Of a stretch of 64,000 bases of DNA, positions 1 to 13,201 are shown piece after piece. The stretch's first letter is position 1; each line of letters opens with the position of its first letter. The position numbers and the translations under genes were made by a program. The notes below the pieces were generated by a model, which had not been told where the DNA came from, ran no database searches, and worked only from the letters and a program-made list of their open reading frames with translations. The DNA lies in contig CAIIXF020000001.1 in NCBI GenBank assembly GCA_903813345.2, positions 30,690,001 through 30,754,000 on the forward strand. The letters are read 5' to 3'. The DNA comes from Owenia fusiformis. Taxonomy: Eukaryota.

Positions 1-95
1 GACCCCCAGTCCCACAGACTAACATTTTAAGAGTAAAATCCAAGAAACCTATGAGAGTAATATGTGATTAATTTCTTCTTATGTTGTTTTTGCAG

Positions 96-2079
96 GCGCC
101 TCTCTAGAAGATCAAGCGAATGTAGACCAATGGCTAGAATTCAGATCATCTAGACTTGACAGATATGGAACTGAAAAAGATCTTTCCTCAGTGTTAAAGG
201 TATGTAACTGCGTGGTTTGTCATGCAGGAAGATCTTCCCGGAATCAATCTAAAGTATCCAAGTAAAAAACTAAAGTCAAATCTTCCATAAAATAGTAGTA
301 TATAAAGCCTTTAAAAGGTACAATATTGTTGTACTATATCAGCTTTGTGAATGGTGGCATTGTCTTGGAATCAACCAAAAGTATCCAAATAAATAAATTC
401 TCATTTTATGGTTCTTAATGAGGTTCCTGTTGAAAGATCCCTTGAAATTATCAAGGAGAAGTTAAAGCTACTGAAACCTTGTGAATCAAGATGTGGTGGT
501 ATCTCACTTCTCTTGTCTGTACATTCCAGAAATGTTTCTTGGTTTGAAAATCTCAACTTGTTGGTTTTTGTGCATGCTGGGTAAGGGTTTTTAGGTATGA
601 TGTTGTTCAGTTCGAATTACCAGAAAAGTGAGAGACCACATCTGGTTTAAAAATCTGATAAGCCACCAAAAGATACATGCTGTATTTAGTCTTGGAAAGG
701 AGTTCATCCAAACAGGCCTAAGGATATTAAATTGTTAAAAAAACAGTCAAATGTAAATTCTGTGAAAGAAGTTGCGATTCAACAATACACAAAAGAATAA
801 CAACATCATATACAGTACATGTACTTACAAATGTCAAATATTGATTACTAAAACAAGGGCATTGGTAATGTTTTAGTTTATTTATTTTAAAATACATGTC
901 AGCGAATATTGCATATTGTTTCATGTGTCTGAATGCTTGAATTGTTTATAATTGTAGGAGCTGAATAGTTATCTGAGTAGTAGGACATTCCTTGTGGGCT
1001 CCAGTGTTACACTTGCAGACCTCCTTATGTTCTATGGACTTCATTCAGTATATGTGAGTTGGTATACAGAGTATAGTTATTTTACATATATTGATAATCC
1101 AAATTGTAATTGTGGAGCTCCTCAGACAGAAAAACACTTTTTCTTTCAATGTCCTCTCATCAAAGGAAGTATAACCAAATTAAAAACTGATATTATGGAT
1201 ACAACTGGTTCTTCAGACGAACACTCAACTCAGAATGATCTGCTTTACTTAATGAAACATGGTTCTGAAAAATTTTCCCTTGATTTAAATTCAAAACTCC
1301 AAACCCTAATTGCTGAATTCATTGAAACAAACCTATGAGCTCTTTCCCCTCCTTAACAGTACTTTAAATAATTTTGTCCACAGAGATAGGTCCACCCCAT
1401 GGTCAACCTCAAGTGCAGTATTAACCCCCTTGACCTTAGTCATATTGTATTTGTATAATCTTACTGTACCCTTCTATAATGCCATTGGGCGATTGAAGGG
1501 ATGTATAATGTTATATCTTGTAATGAAATAAATTTATCTTAATAAAAAAAAAAAAAAAGTATAGTTATTATATTACGCAATATTATGTTAGGTTTTGTTA
1601 AAGAAAAGCCAGAAAATAACAGCACATACCTAGCTATATAAATATGTTACATACAGTGATACGTTAGTGCCTTGATTGGTTTAGTGCCTTGATGGATGCT
1701 CAATTTTATTCTTATATTCTGGATCTTTAAGCCCTGTCTTTTGAGGTTAAGTCAACCATAATTTGTGTTTGATTCAATTTTTATAAGCTATTCATGTTCA
1801 TGTTTCAGAGCGATCTCAGTTATTTTGATAAACAGCGGTATATGCATCTCTCCCGGTGGTTCAGAATGGTGAGTAGCCATTAAACATGTTTTATGTCATC
1901 ATTTGGTGCTACATTGTAATCAGTTCATTTTTATAGTTCATTATTATACATGTATGTACATATACATGACATGTATTTATGTTTTGCAGATGCAGCTCAC
2001 TTCAGGAGTAAAACAAAAGTTAGAGACAATTCCCTTCCAAAGAAACCTTATATACCCCTGTCATGGTGTAGCTCATTGA
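96..2079 (+). CDS. EEF1E1: Eukaryotic translation elongation factor 1 epsilon-1 / AIMP3 (p18), last four coding exons: 96-199, 958-1053, 1809-1868, 1990-2079. The 5' exons lie outside the window.
   Basis: AG/GT-bounded exons splice in frame to ASLEDQANVDQWLEFRSSRLDRYGTEKDLSSVLK-ELNSYLSSRTFLVGSSVTLADLLMFYGLHSVY-SDLSYFDKQRYMHLSRWFRM-MQLTSGVKQKLETIPFQRNLIYPCHGVAH*. This matches the GST-C-like AIMP3 pattern (QWLE, LNSYL, TLAD, YGLH, SRWF, NxxY). Confidence 0.93.
1082..1557 (+). mobile_element. 5'-truncated non-LTR retrotransposon (LINE 3' end) in an EEF1E1 intron
   Basis: Encodes a LINE ORF2 C-terminal Cys/His knuckle (NPNCNCGAPQTEKHFFFQCP, stop 1338), followed by a 3' UTR, AATAAA and a poly(A) run (about 1544-1558). 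A 12-bp TSD AGTATAGTTATT lies at 1070-1081 and 1558-1569. Confidence 0.88.
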
Positions 2080-3022
2080 TGCTACCCTTACTATAGAACT
2101 ACACAAATACAACTACTGGTGTACAGGGTCACACCTTCATTTACTCTTTTGTGTGTGGATTTGTTGTTTTACTGGCTACTTGAATTTGCCTTTAGCATGT
2201 TATTATATCTAAAATTGAATGAGCCAATGGAGCCCTACAATGAGTTATCCAGTTTAAACTTTACATAGAAGAAATATGAACAATATGCAATAAATTCAAA
2301 ATTTTATACAGCAGCTGTACAGTATTTATATGAACTTCATCTCACCATGGAGCCTTTATTATCAACTATGACTAGGTTTCTTGTATTAAGTGTCCCCCCC
2401 TCCCTCTCTAGGTAAGGTAAATACAGGGATTTGATTCAAGGCATTCAAATCATAATTGGAATAAAAATTGTCAACTTTAACATCTAAAGTATAGTATTGT
2501 AAAACCAAGTTGGATTAGTTGAGATGTTATATAATCATTCATTGCAACCTAAGAAAATAATGTTACCATTGCAAATAACAACTTCACTAGCAAAGCATAT
2601 ATCTTTGTGCAGATGTTAAATGTATAATGCAACTATTAAACTAAACTGAGAGATTTTAAGAGAAAATTCCATATTCAAATGTAATAACAAGTCAGTTTGG
2701 GAGTAATAATTTGTAATATCAGGTAAATGAAGCAGTATTTTATTTATACTGTCTAATGATGTCATGTGTAAGAAGAATAAATGCAATAAATAAAATTACA
2801 AAATGATAATGTTGTGTCATATGTAATATGTATTTTGCAAGTTGGAAGTACTTGCTTGAATAACGCTGATAGAGAACCCATAATGAGGGCAGAGCTATCT
2901 GTGTCTATCTATTCTTCTCTTTCTACCAGTGTGCCATCTTTATATCGACCTAAAACCTCGGAACTTGTTGAAATACTAGTAAGTTTTCAAACATGACAAA
3001 GCGTCCACATTTATTATTAGTT

Positions 3023-3206
3023 CAGCCCTGTATCTAGCTTTGCCAAGGGGGTTCACTTTTTAAAAAATTCTAGGGGGAGTTCAAATTTGACCCAAAATCA
3101 CTTGAAAAGTGCACAAAATGGTGAAAAAGTCCATGAATTCTAAAGAATGTCCGGCCAACGAGGGGTGAGGTTCGCTCGCACAAGAACCCTCTTGACTACC
3201 GAGCTG
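3023..3206. mobile_element. MITE with CAG...CTG ends and 5-bp TSD (hAT5-like); related copy at 11638-11792
   Basis: Both copies share the core GCCAAGGGGGT...CCCAAAATCACTTGAAAAGTGC. TAGTT flanks both sides here; the second copy has AAGTT/CAGTT. Confidence 0.6.
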
Positions 3207-3899
3207 TAGTTGCAAGTTTTTGAGAAATGTTTTTCAAATACATAGAAGGCATTTAATGATTTGTTCTTATATTGAATTGTATCAAAATCGACTTGCTGAA
3301 TCTTTGATCATGGTCTATTTCTATTTGTTTAAGATGCAACAGGCACATTTGCCCACTATGCAAATTTCAATACATACATTTATATAAATATTAATAATAA
3401 ATTGTCTATGAGTGTAAAAAGTTACTAAAATAGTTAATGTAAAATGCATTGGTTGACCATGGGCTAATGGTAAAATAAGTTTACTAAAAATTGTCCTTTT
3501 ATATACATGAACTGACCTGCAGTTATCTACATATTTCTAAGATGGTTAATCACAGAATGTTTAAATGTTGGCTCTTGTGAGTCTAAAATGTTCCCAGGTA
3601 ATTTATTCCAATCCACTATTGTTCTTGGTATGAAACTATATTTATATAAGTCTGTCCTGGTATTGGGGATTATGAATTTGAGGGGATGAGTTCCTTGTTG
3701 TGACGAATTTTACTTCAAAACAATCAACCTTTCATTCATTATATAAGAATAAAAATTCAGATAATATAAAGTAAATTATCACTTTTTGGGTAAATGATTA
3801 TGACATAAGATTAACATGTGAAATGCATGTCTCGTATACATGAATATTAGGAGATAGAAGATACGTTTCACATTTCGTGATTTGAATAACCCCGCCATA

Positions 3900-3945
3900 A
3901 CTAACTTCCGCATCCGGGTCTCTCATCTAAAATGGCTGCCCGCGC
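3900..3945 (+). promoter_or_regulatory. Probable housekeeping core promoter of the zinc-finger gene
   Basis: Locally CpG-rich, with an Ets-like ACTTCCG and a YY1-like AAAATGGCTGCC about 100-140 bp before the ATG at 4041. Confidence 0.45.
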
Positions 3946-4040
3946 CACAAAGTAATTTTCGGAATTTCAATATTATTTTCCAAAATACTAACGTATTTGA
4001 CGGTTATTCAATTGTACCATTGCCACACAAAGATAGCATA

Positions 4041-7000
4041 ATGTCTAAAGAATCTGAAAATTATGTTGTGTCGACTGTAGACCTTGTGTTACCTAAGCAA
4101 GTTGTGGATTGTGCTCACAAAATGTTACCGAATACGCAGTTCAAGTTGATTGCCATGGATCAGAGGGAAAACACCACATCGGAGATTAAGTTGTTCAAAC
4201 AGGGTGACGAGTCTGTGAAGATAAATATAGTGGGTAAGTTTTAGGGCAAACTGATTTTCGTCTGCTATGCTGTACTTGGGGTGTATCATGACACCCCATA
4301 AATTTATCACACCCAAACATTTTTATGAGTAAATCCTGCTAGAGGATTACCCATATATTATTCTTGATTTAGATCAGTGCAACAATCAGTTTTGTGTAAA
4401 AAATTTTAGAACATTTCCATCATGGCGTAATATATGCCACACCCTCAGGCCTGTACCCAGGATTTGACATAGGAGATAGGTTACCTGAAAAAGAAGATAG
4501 ATATTATATCTCTTCTCTAAACAAGGACTGTCAGAGAGGTAATTGCCTACCCTGGCAGAAATCAGCTCTGAAATGACAATCTGCATGTCCGGCCTTCATT
4601 CAAGGCTGATTTTGTAGAAAACAGATCTGTCGATCCCACATGGGAGTTTTTACCCTACTACTTTTTTCAAGGCCTGACTGCGTCGCTAACATGCTAAATA
4701 TAAGAGTTAGCTGACGTTTGGGAGTCTGACTTACCTTCTAAAGGTTAGAACCCGAATCTTAATGAAACCATATCACCTTTGTTCCGTCAACCATGGAGCA
4801 TTTGCCACAACATCCAAGAGGTAAATCATGGATCGAGAAAATGAATGATTTCCTTGTAAGTTCCGGAAGTTTCAATACGAAAAATTACCGAACATATGTG
4901 AAAACCGAATATTTGTTCGTTGTTTTCACGATTTACAGGTTCGTTTGTTCTTCAATGTTTTGGTCTAAATTATAAAGCATCACCAACAGGTCTTACTCTA
5001 TTAATCGACTAATACAGCAGACGGCTCATATTTCTACGTAGCATTTCATTCAGACCAATAGTGGGAGTGTAGATCACGCAGTTTCGTTCGTTGCGTACTT
5101 CACTTGAAATTGGTAATTTTAAATATTGACTACTTCACTTAGCTTGGCGGATGTAGAACATTGCTTAATATTCTTTTAATTTTCACACCAGACATGCTTG
5201 GTTGACACGTCAACAAAGTAAAGTTCAAGGGTCAATGCGTTATTTCGTGATAACTACAACGCCTTCCCGGAAGTCAACATTGATGAAAAATGAAAAAGTC
5301 GGAAAAGCATTTACGCTAATTTCTATCAAATGCTATGTTTATGCATCATCATCGACGCAACAAAGGTGATATGGTTTCATTAAGATTCGGGTTCTAACCT
5401 TTAGAAGGTAAGTCAGACTCCCAAACGTCAGCTAACTCTTATATTTAGCATGTTAGCGACGCAGTCAGGCCTTGAAAAAAGTAGTAAAGATACATGCTTG
5501 AGTAGAAATTAATATATCGTTATGTTTTTATGTTTTGATTTCTTGCCGCGAATTTAAAACGGAAGTGAACGTTAAGTACAGACTGAATAAATGCATGTTC
5601 GTTCATTCGACAATGAATATATTTTATTTCATGAATAACCTAATATTTGTTTCTGAATAGGAAAAACGGTGGCATGTCATGGTTTCAAATCTAAAAATAA
5701 ACAAAGTCGAAAAAATTCGAGAGAATCATGATTATTTGTAAATATTCAACATGTTGAGCCTTATTTACGATTCAAATAAAGGTGAGAGATCATAATTATT
5801 TGTTTTTGTTAGGTATCGTTGTAAACACATTGTAGTATTGACCTAAAAAAAAATCGCGTCCTAAAAACGGAAATATTTTCAATTTTTGCGTCCTCCAAAT
5901 TATTTTTGAGTCCTTAACATGTACGGGACGCCGTTAATGCAAGCCCTGGTATATTCATAATGTACATGAATGACATTTGTATATTTCAGATTTTTTAGTT
6001 TTTTGTGCAATAAGCCTGTGCCATCTTGTAATTTGAAGAATTCCCGCCATGTTAATCTTATTGAAAATAACATGGCAGAGAAGCATCCAAATATAAGAGG
6101 CCACACACTTTATAAGCCAAACTAGAAGCAACCCAAGATAAACAAATGTCATTCATGTACAATAGGAATATAGTTTTCCATATATTATTGCAAAATGTTA
6201 TTTTGATTTCTTATTTTTAGCTTTTACTGACGCAGTTAAACAGTGAAATGGACTCTAAATAATAAGGAATCATGACAACTTTGCAATATTATATGGAACA
6301 GTTCATATTTGCAAAACGTTTGTTTATTTCATTTGGATTGCTTGTGGTTTGGCTTACAAATACGGACCTCTTCTCCGATATGTAATTTTCAAAAAAGTAT
6401 CAATCCGAAGCTCCATAAATTGCATGAGGCTACTGGCTTACTACACATGAATAATTCATCTGAAACACAAAATTGTTGTCTAAAATGTGAATGTATTTTT
6501 TCATATGATATTGCACATGGTTCTTTGATTGCTTGTTATCCCATTGAACAAAGTTTGGTAGGGATATTATAGTCATTGAAGTCGACCATCTGTCTACCTT
6601 CTATTATAATATTCTATTTACCGGTATTTAGAAATGAGTCATCCTTTATCTCAACTAAAGTAGAACCTCTGAGATGGGAAATCTAATTTGACATTTCTTA
6701 CATGAAACATTTTTTTGTTGTTTCAGTGAAAGGACGTAAGGTAAAGATTCACCAAGATGACACACCCAAAGATGTTCAGGAAACCTCAGGTATTATACTA
6801 TGGTTGTCAATGAAATACTAATACTTATAGTACCACATATACCTAGAAGATGCTTTCTACTTCAAGGCATTTCATCCCTTGGACATTTCACCCCATTTTA
6901 CCTCTTAAACATTTCCTAGACATTTTACCTCTTAAACTTTACACCCCGTGAATAATTCAGACCCTTGACATTTCACCATCAATATTTCAATATTTTATTC

Positions 7001-10000
7001 CTACATAATTCATTGCAAGATTTATCATCATCAGACCTGAGTAGTGAGTATTAATAGTGCATATTATGTATTATCTAAGACATTTCTTATCACCACATTT
7101 CGCTTTTAAGTTAAATATAATTGATTATAGGGTGGCTGATGTAGCTCCAACATGAATATGTACAAAATTACTAGCAGTATCTTGAATAGGAAATCGAATA
7201 CTTGTGTAAATTCAGTTAAAATTCAGTAATAACCCAATCCATGACATTTTACATTTACAGAGTCCCAAATTCAAAATTTTGGATAATTTATTTGTCTTGA
7301 TTTTATCCCACTTAAAAGTGCTTAAAAGTGAGGCAAGTGAAAACTCACACCCTTGCAATGTTCATCAAAATAAAACCATGTACATGTAGTGTAATTTCTC
7401 CAAATATTAAAAAAAGTGAACAATAAATGTTTAATCATCATCTATCTGAAATATGATGCCAATAAAAATTGATGATATGAGAGCAAAAATTTCAAGACTT
7501 TTTGGACAACCCTCGTATATACTTATATATGGGGATGAAACATCCAGAGGGTGAAATGTCTGAGGATCAAATGTCAAGGGGTGTAATGTCTACCAGTCAA
7601 TCTATGAATTCTCTTTTGTTCCCTTTTTGTCATATTAAAAAAAATCAAGTTTGTTAAAGTATAATCGTTTTATTATGTACTGCACAAAATCATTTTCATC
7701 AATTTGACATATGAAACTAAAGTACCTCCCTGCCACTTGGAAAATGAAACTCTAAATGTAACACTGGTCTTATATATTATTCTAGAACACAATGTTGAAG
7801 GTGATGCTGATGAATGCGATGTTGGTAAAGACCAGTCACCAACGCCTGAAACATCTACAGGTTAGTCAGAATGAAAGGCAAAACAGATATAACTATACTT
7901 CTCATTTACTCATGCGAATAATAAGATTTCTAATGTATATCCAGCGAACTGATATTTTATTGGCAGATGTATTTACTGGAATGTATGTCTTGTTTACTTA
8001 TAATATTTATAATAATTGCTGAATGTTATGTCAGTCATACAACATGTAGCTTTGTCATAATTTACACATCAGACATCTTGGATAAGTTCTAAGTAAGGTT
8101 GAATTTCTGATTGAATACTACTAAAATGACTAGTTGTTCAACTTCAAAGTGAATCTGAATATTGCACATACACTATTTGGACAACTTTTGTATGTTTGAC
8201 TTCCAGGTGATGCCTCATCGGTGCGGAGATCTGGTCGGAAACGTAAAGCAAGTGCTGTGATACGGCAAGCAGGTATAGCATCCCTTTCTGAGACATTTGA
8301 TGAAGAAGATGACATTGAACCGCCCTCTCCATCTACCCCACAGGCAACTCCAACTAAGAAACCTCGTAATATCTCCACCCATACTGTAGTACATGATAAG
8401 GACAGTGAAGTTAATGAAGCAGTCGCTGCAGCTGAAAATATACATGGACATGGTCCAGAGTTTATAGTACGCGAAGACGATGAGGTTGATATGCCAATGG
8501 GTGCTGGTGCATCACCACGCATCCAACAGAACTCAAAATGTAAAATGTGCGCTAAAAGCTTCAAGAGTATCTGGATGTTTAACAAACATCTTGATGATGT
8601 ACATGTAGATGACCCAGGTTTCGCAGAGTATAAAAATGAGATTGAAGTTGAGCGTAAATTAACAATGAAAAAACCATCATACAAACGTGAATTCAACGTT
8701 CCATGTAAGTTTTGTAAGAAGTTGTTTAAAGAGGAAGCAAGTGTACTTGAACATACCATAATGAAGCACAGTGAGGAAGAATTCTTTGAGGAATACCAAG
8801 AGGAGCTTAAGGAAAGAATGAAGAGCACCTGTATTGAGTGTGGCAAAGTGTTAAGCAGTCGCTACCTGCTGAAGCAGCATCTACATTTGATACACGAGAT
8901 ACGTGAACCTCAACAATGTCAGATATGTGGTAATTATTATAAAGATTCTGAGAGACTTCAGCTTCATATTAAGAGGACCCATGAGACTCCTGCAGGTCGG
9001 CATTTATGTCATCTCTGTCCCTTGGGCTTCAAGCACCCAGAGTATCTTAAAGACCATGTCAACAGTGTTCATTATAAAAACTGTAAACAGACTTGTAATA
9101 TATGTGGCAAGGAACTAGCCTCCAAACGAATACTACGTTCACATATGAAAACTCACTCTGATCAAAAAGATTTCCAGTGTGGTGAATGTGGTCGAGAGTT
9201 TAATGTGCGTCGAAATCTTCTCCGTCATATTATGTTAGTCCACAAGCGTAATGAGATTGACTTCATGTCCTGTCCCCATTGTGAACGAAAATTCAGTGCG
9301 AGAAGCAACTTGGCTCAACATATTAAAACAGTCCATGAGGGCCAAGGTGGTAAAATGATTTGTGAAATCTGTAATCTGAAATTTCGTCGCAAAGCTGAAT
9401 TTGACCTCCATATGTCTAACCATAGCACTCAGTCACGTAACTTCAAGTTGATGACTGTTGGTGGTAAAGAAGTTACCGCCGTCAATGAGGGCCAACCACT
9501 CTACATTCAGATGGTAATGGATGAATCAAACCCAGATTCTTCGGAAAAGGTGTTTTACACTGTTAACATGGATAATCCAGAAAATCCAGGAGAGACAATA
9601 GTTGTAGAAAATGTAGAAAGTCTGCCTGTGAGTGAAGATGCAAATGGAATTGAAAGCGTTCATATTCTAGAAAATGGGGAAGAAGTCCATATGCCTGAAG
9701 GGGCACAGATGATTCAGCAACCAGATGGAAGCATCCATTATACCATTCCCAATTCTGTTAATCTATCAGAGGAAACAATTGCTAACTCAATAGCACCATC
9801 AATTTCTTCTGAAAGTGTGGTAACTACGGAAACTGCTACTCAAGATGTTGCAGCCATCTTGTCCAGTTTAGGTGGTGCAGCGAGTGGAGTTAATGTTGAG
9901 GATGCTAATACAGCAGCCAATATCCTTGCAGATATAAATGCTGATATGGATACCCAGACAGGAGTACTTCTAGCAATGAAAGACTCTGATGAAAAAGTTA

Positions 10001-10029
10001 TTTTGGTGTCTGATATCAATCAAGTATGA
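4041..10029 (+). CDS. C2H2 zinc-finger protein, about 717 aa, nine fingers; exons 4041-4233, 6727-6789, 7786-7860, 8207-10029
   Basis: Three phase-1 GT-AG introns join MSKESENYVV... to ORF 8221-10029. That ORF holds a basic RRSGRKRK motif, nine CxxC-x12-Hx3-4H fingers and an acidic low-complexity C-terminus. The large exon is secure; the three small 5' exons are inferred from splice sites and frame. Confidence 0.85.
4656..5486. mobile_element. Non-autonomous DNA transposon with about 133-bp terminal inverted repeats (TIRs) in zinc-finger intron 1
   Basis: 4656-4788 is the reverse complement of 5354-5486 with one visible mismatch near the inner end. The ends read TA-CTAC...GTAG-TA (possible TA TSD). 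No transposase ORF inside. Confidence 0.88.
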
Positions 10030-10613
10030 ATTGTCTCAGGACAGAAACCTGTAAGATAAACATAATCAAATGGGTATTGGAAGCTATATTGGAAAAATTA
10101 ACTCTCATGAACTTGTTTCATCAGCTTGTGCACGCTGGCTTGACAGTCAGTAGTGGTAGTCTCCTTTAGTAGATGCCTTCCTTCTACATAGACATGGGAT
10201 TGAAATATATATTGTATTTATTCTACATGTATATATATTTGCAAGTTTTCACTACAAGTTGTTATGGTATAATGTTATAATTTATGCATAGAATGAATGT
10301 ATAAATCTGATAGTGTAATATAAATGAAGGCAGTAATGTATTTTATGTATAAATTAGAGGTTTGAATTATTGAACAATACTCGAGTACATTCATGGGATT
10401 AGTCGATTTGACAGCTTGAAGATCTGTAAATATATAAAGGTACCTTGTTGGACACAATACGTGACCACTGATATTTGATTTGATTTGATAAATTCATGTA
10501 CGATGTACTGTTCAATGATGATACATTTTGTTCTACATACATGTTACTTTGTATATATCTATATGATCTATATGACCATTCTGTTGTATATGACTGCTAT
10601 TTGTTATGGGTAT

Positions 10614-11059
10614 CAGGCCTCGCGCTTAACTTTTTTTATCAGGTAGTTGTTTCACTACTTAGTGAATTTTCCAGGTAGCTATGCTAGGTAGTGATGATTT
10701 TGATGAAAGTTGTCTTTATTCTTATGACTTAGCAGCACAATAATAACATATTGCATTGTAAATAAATGTATACTTACACAGATATTGCTATGTTCTAAGG
10801 CAATTTGCATACACATTTCATTGACCGTTAAAGAATGAAGTTGACTATCATTGGTCTGCTTTCGCACAATTGTAAAAGTTGTGATTCAGCTCGAACAAGA
10901 ATTAACAAAGATCAGCTGATCGGCAAATCAATCGAAAATCTGTATATTTTCACATGGAGAGGTACTAGTGTAGTTAGCTAGTTGGAGGAATTGACAAGTA
11001 GTGTTTTTGGAAAAACAGGTAGCAAATCACTACCTTAGCAATGCTAATTTCGAGGCCTG
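10614..11059. mobile_element. MITE with CAGGCCTCG TIRs and 5-bp TSD (hAT5-like), 3' of the zinc-finger stop codon
   Basis: CAGGCCTCGCGCTTAAC...GCTAATTTCGAGGCCTG, with GGTAT on both sides. Confidence 0.7.
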
Positions 11060-11896
11060 GGTATGTTCGTGTCAAAATAAGATTATTTTGCCCTTGTTAT
11101 GTACCTACAGTGTATAAGTAAAATAGTCAGTGAAACAGTTTGAAGTTCTCTGACATGACATGATTGACTTCATGTCGATGAGGTGATATTACCTTTATAG
11201 CGGAACACTACTGGTCCTTAGGGTGTTCCACGAACAAAGGTTTTACTGTAGTTTGATTGAAAAAAATTCTTGACGATTTTGCTAGAAAGTTAGCAAGGAA
11301 GTTAGTGAGGAAACTGTCCTCGTATAAACAATATCCTGTACATAATGTGTATGAATTGATTGATTGAATTTAGAGTGATTTATTATGGTTGTTAAATATG
11401 CACATAGATATACAGAATTTACAGTAACTGGAATAATATATTTATATTCAAATATATATTGCTTAGAAAATCAACAATTGTGAGATGTTTTCATTGCTAC
11501 TTTTTCCTTGTTTCTGAAAAATCATTTAATCCTCAAAATATCACCTTTTTGGGAATATTATCATTAACAGAGTTTTCAATGCTGCGATTTATGTTCAGAA
11601 GAATCATTTTGAGTTTCATCTTCTCAGACTTTAAGTTCAGGCCTGAAGCCAGCATCTGCCAAGGGGGTACAATTTTTTAAAGAAAGCCAGGTGGTTGACA
11701 TTTGACAACTTTGGCCCAAAATCACTTGAAAAGTGCTCAGAATGTTGAAAAACTGCATGATTTTTGCTGGAACCCCCCTGGCTACTGGCCTGCAGTTTTC
11801 TCACCTACTCAATGCAAATAGTTGAACTTAGCCACTCGAACAATGATATCATGATAAGCTAATTTTACTGATCATAGTGTATATGTATAATGCTAT

Positions 11897-12525
11897 AATG
11901 TCACCACCAGAAGTGGTGACATATTGTTATAGTCTCCGAGTTTTTGTAGATGGTGATCAGCGGATGTCATTCGGCATCTGTAAAAAATTCTTACAACTTC
12001 TTTAAGTTAGCTTAATCATGAAATGCCTACTGAGGTCTGAAAAAGTAAAATTTTCAAGGTCAAGGTTATCAAACTAGATCACAAACATTGTTTGCAACAT
12101 AATTGAAGGTCAAGAACGGTATTTTTTCAACTTGAACTTCAATTGACCTAACTATTTTTTCAAAACTGCAAATTCTCAGAAGTTGAAATCTGACATTAGA
12201 TTTGAGATTTGACGGTGGTGATATTTTGTCTATTAATGCCTTGTTTATGTATTCTATGTCCACCCAGCTTTTTGCCCAATTGCTGAGCAAAATACTCACT
12301 TTACTTATTCTGACTACCTAATTAATCCTTTTCAAAATTCTCAACTAGGCTCATATAGAGTCGAGTGCCAGGTAGGGTCCTGGGGTGATGAGAAGATCAT
12401 TTTTATGTCACCACCACAATACTGTCATGGTCTCCCAACTTTTTTGTGACGATATCTTGCAATCAACGTCGGTAACAAATGTCAGGTGATGACATTTTGC
12501 ATCATTGCATGTTAATGCCTTGTTT
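11897..12525 (+). mobile_element. Two degenerate Helentron-associated (HINE/DINE-like) units
   Basis: Two units (about 11897-12246 and 12399-12525) each run from ATGTCACCACC to GGTG(G/A)TGA(T/C)ATTTTG...TTAATGCCTTGTTT (subterminal inverted repeat, T-rich end). The first has an internal CAAGGTCAAGG. Confidence 0.5.
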
Positions 12526-12830
12526 ACTCTTGTTGCCAACAATGAGAAAAATACATCATTCTTGAATATACCATGTGGCTGATTTTAAGAAGACCCTGAG
12601 AAATACAACTATTTAACTTCAGAGTCTCCAAACAAATTCGGCCTTTTTTGAAAAGGCACATTTTAAAAATGTAGACCAAGTGTTCTAAATAAATGAGGCC
12701 TAAAACATAGTTCATTGTTAATTATGTAAATAGAATGTAATATCTTATCCAACCAGTTAAAGCACTAGAGGACCTCTGTTTGACTACATTTAGACTGTTT
12801 TAACGTTCAAAATGCATTGTCTAACTCGAT

Positions 12831-13201
12831 AGTTACCAGTTTCACCACCAGGTGGCTGATTCGGGGGAAATAACATGGCAGGGTATTACAAAATTCCCTT
12901 AAACTTGAATATTCATCAGTTTTAGTGGTTCACTTTTCATATTACCTTAATGAATCTGATAGTTATACAAATCAAAATATGTTCAGTAAAAGAAAATATC
13001 TGCCCAACACAAGAAAAGATATTTCCATTTTTGTGATTTTACAACATGGGGTCTATGGGGAATCTCCCCGACCTAGAAGTCACATTTTCAAAGAAAATTA
13101 AATTTTCAAAGTTCAAACCATATTTCTAGATGTAATTTTACATGTAGATTAATTTTGAATTTTTAATGACGTAAATCAAGATTATTTCTACTCGCATCTA
13201 G
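12831..13201 (+). mobile_element. MITE family with TAGATGCGAGTAG TIR; left end decayed; sister of 21178-21602
   Basis: About 370 bp alignable to the reverse complement of 21178-21590 (TTACCAGTTTCACCACCAGGTGGCT, AACATGGGGTCTAT, CTACTCGCATCTAG). Confidence 0.75.

Noticed and set aside
405..480. Peptide LNEVPVERSLEIIKEKL resembling a Penelope-type RT segment
   Set aside because: Too short and no flanking RT motifs; at most a decayed relic.
8130..8846. 238-aa minus-strand ORF, and similar ones at 17040-17780 and 46533-46877
   Set aside because: Antisense shadows of real coding exons, with no independent domain or splice evidence.
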